Virus record (IMG/VR): IMGVR_UViG_3300037188_000028
Location: 1 to 25,613 of that record
DNA: 25,613 nt
Reading direction: 5' to 3' (one strand)
From: a virus
Taxonomy: Duplodnaviria; Caudoviricetes
Under the pieces are notes generated by a model. The model saw only the letters and a list, made by a program, of their open reading frames with translations. It was not told the origin of the DNA and searched no databases. How positions within the stretch are numbered: the stretch's first letter is position 1; every line of letters starts with the position of its first letter. Shown piece by piece: positions 25,521 through 25,613 of this stretch. The position numbers were made by a program, and so were the translations under genes.

Positions 25521-25613
25521 GTGCTGAACAAATTGAATGAACTGTTGAAGGGTGGCGTCGATCCGAAATGGATCGTTGTCTTGGCGTGGCTTGTTGGCGT
25601 GCAGAAAGCCATC
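25521..25613 (+). CDS. Putative membrane protein (possible holin), 3'-truncated
   Basis: AAGGAG RBS then GTG; MLNKLNELLKGGVDPKWIVVLAWLVGVQKAI with a hydrophobic stretch; only 31 codons visible. Confidence 0.45.
   Translation, partial: MLNKLNELLKGGVDPKWIVVLAWLVGVQKAI

Larger units (their letters stand above)
1..25613 (+). mobile_element. Myophage (contractile tail) or prophage late region: head, neck, tail, baseplate, fibre and lysis modules; both ends lie outside the window
   Basis: Continuous, largely translationally coupled + strand gene run in canonical myophage order; sheath, tube, baseplate J, spike and endolysin motifs recognisable. Confidence 0.97.

Noticed and set aside
1-25613. CRISPR array, tRNA, DGR template/variable repeats, invertible fibre segment, integrase/att
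   Set aside because: None seen by eye; the repeats found are degenerate protein-domain repeats and no reverse transcriptase or recombinase is present

Overview
The whole window is the late (virion morphogenesis and lysis) region of a GC-rich contractile-tailed phage or prophage. Gene order is typical of the Bcep781-like myophages: DUF2184-type capsid, DUF4054 adaptor, neck/head closure, tail terminator, DUF3383 sheath, DUF3277 tube, chaperone with -1 frameshift, tape measure, baseplate, DUF2612, tail fibre/tailspike, endolysin. The host is probably an alphaproteobacterium, inferred from the TatA sequence type. No integrase or att site is in view, so prophage versus free phage cannot be decided. 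Unusual content: (1) a six-gene insertion in the head-tail junction (3748-6698) with a Sec-signal protein, a twin-arginine-signal microprotein, a lectin-like protein and a phage-borne TatA that the ORF track missed; (2) a 915-aa tailspike with a cleavable signal peptide and 20 paired cysteines, which together with (1) suggests export and periplasmic folding of virion accessory proteins; (3) a ~65-70 aa beta-rich module inserted six times, twice nested, in the tail terminator, sheath and baseplate J; (4) a free-standing GIY-YIG/NUMOD3 endonuclease with a possible antisense control RNA; (5) an antisense acyltransferase-3 moron; (6) a lysis cassette containing a protease-inhibitor-like protein and a class-3 lipase. 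All family assignments come from motif recognition and synteny by eye, not database searches.
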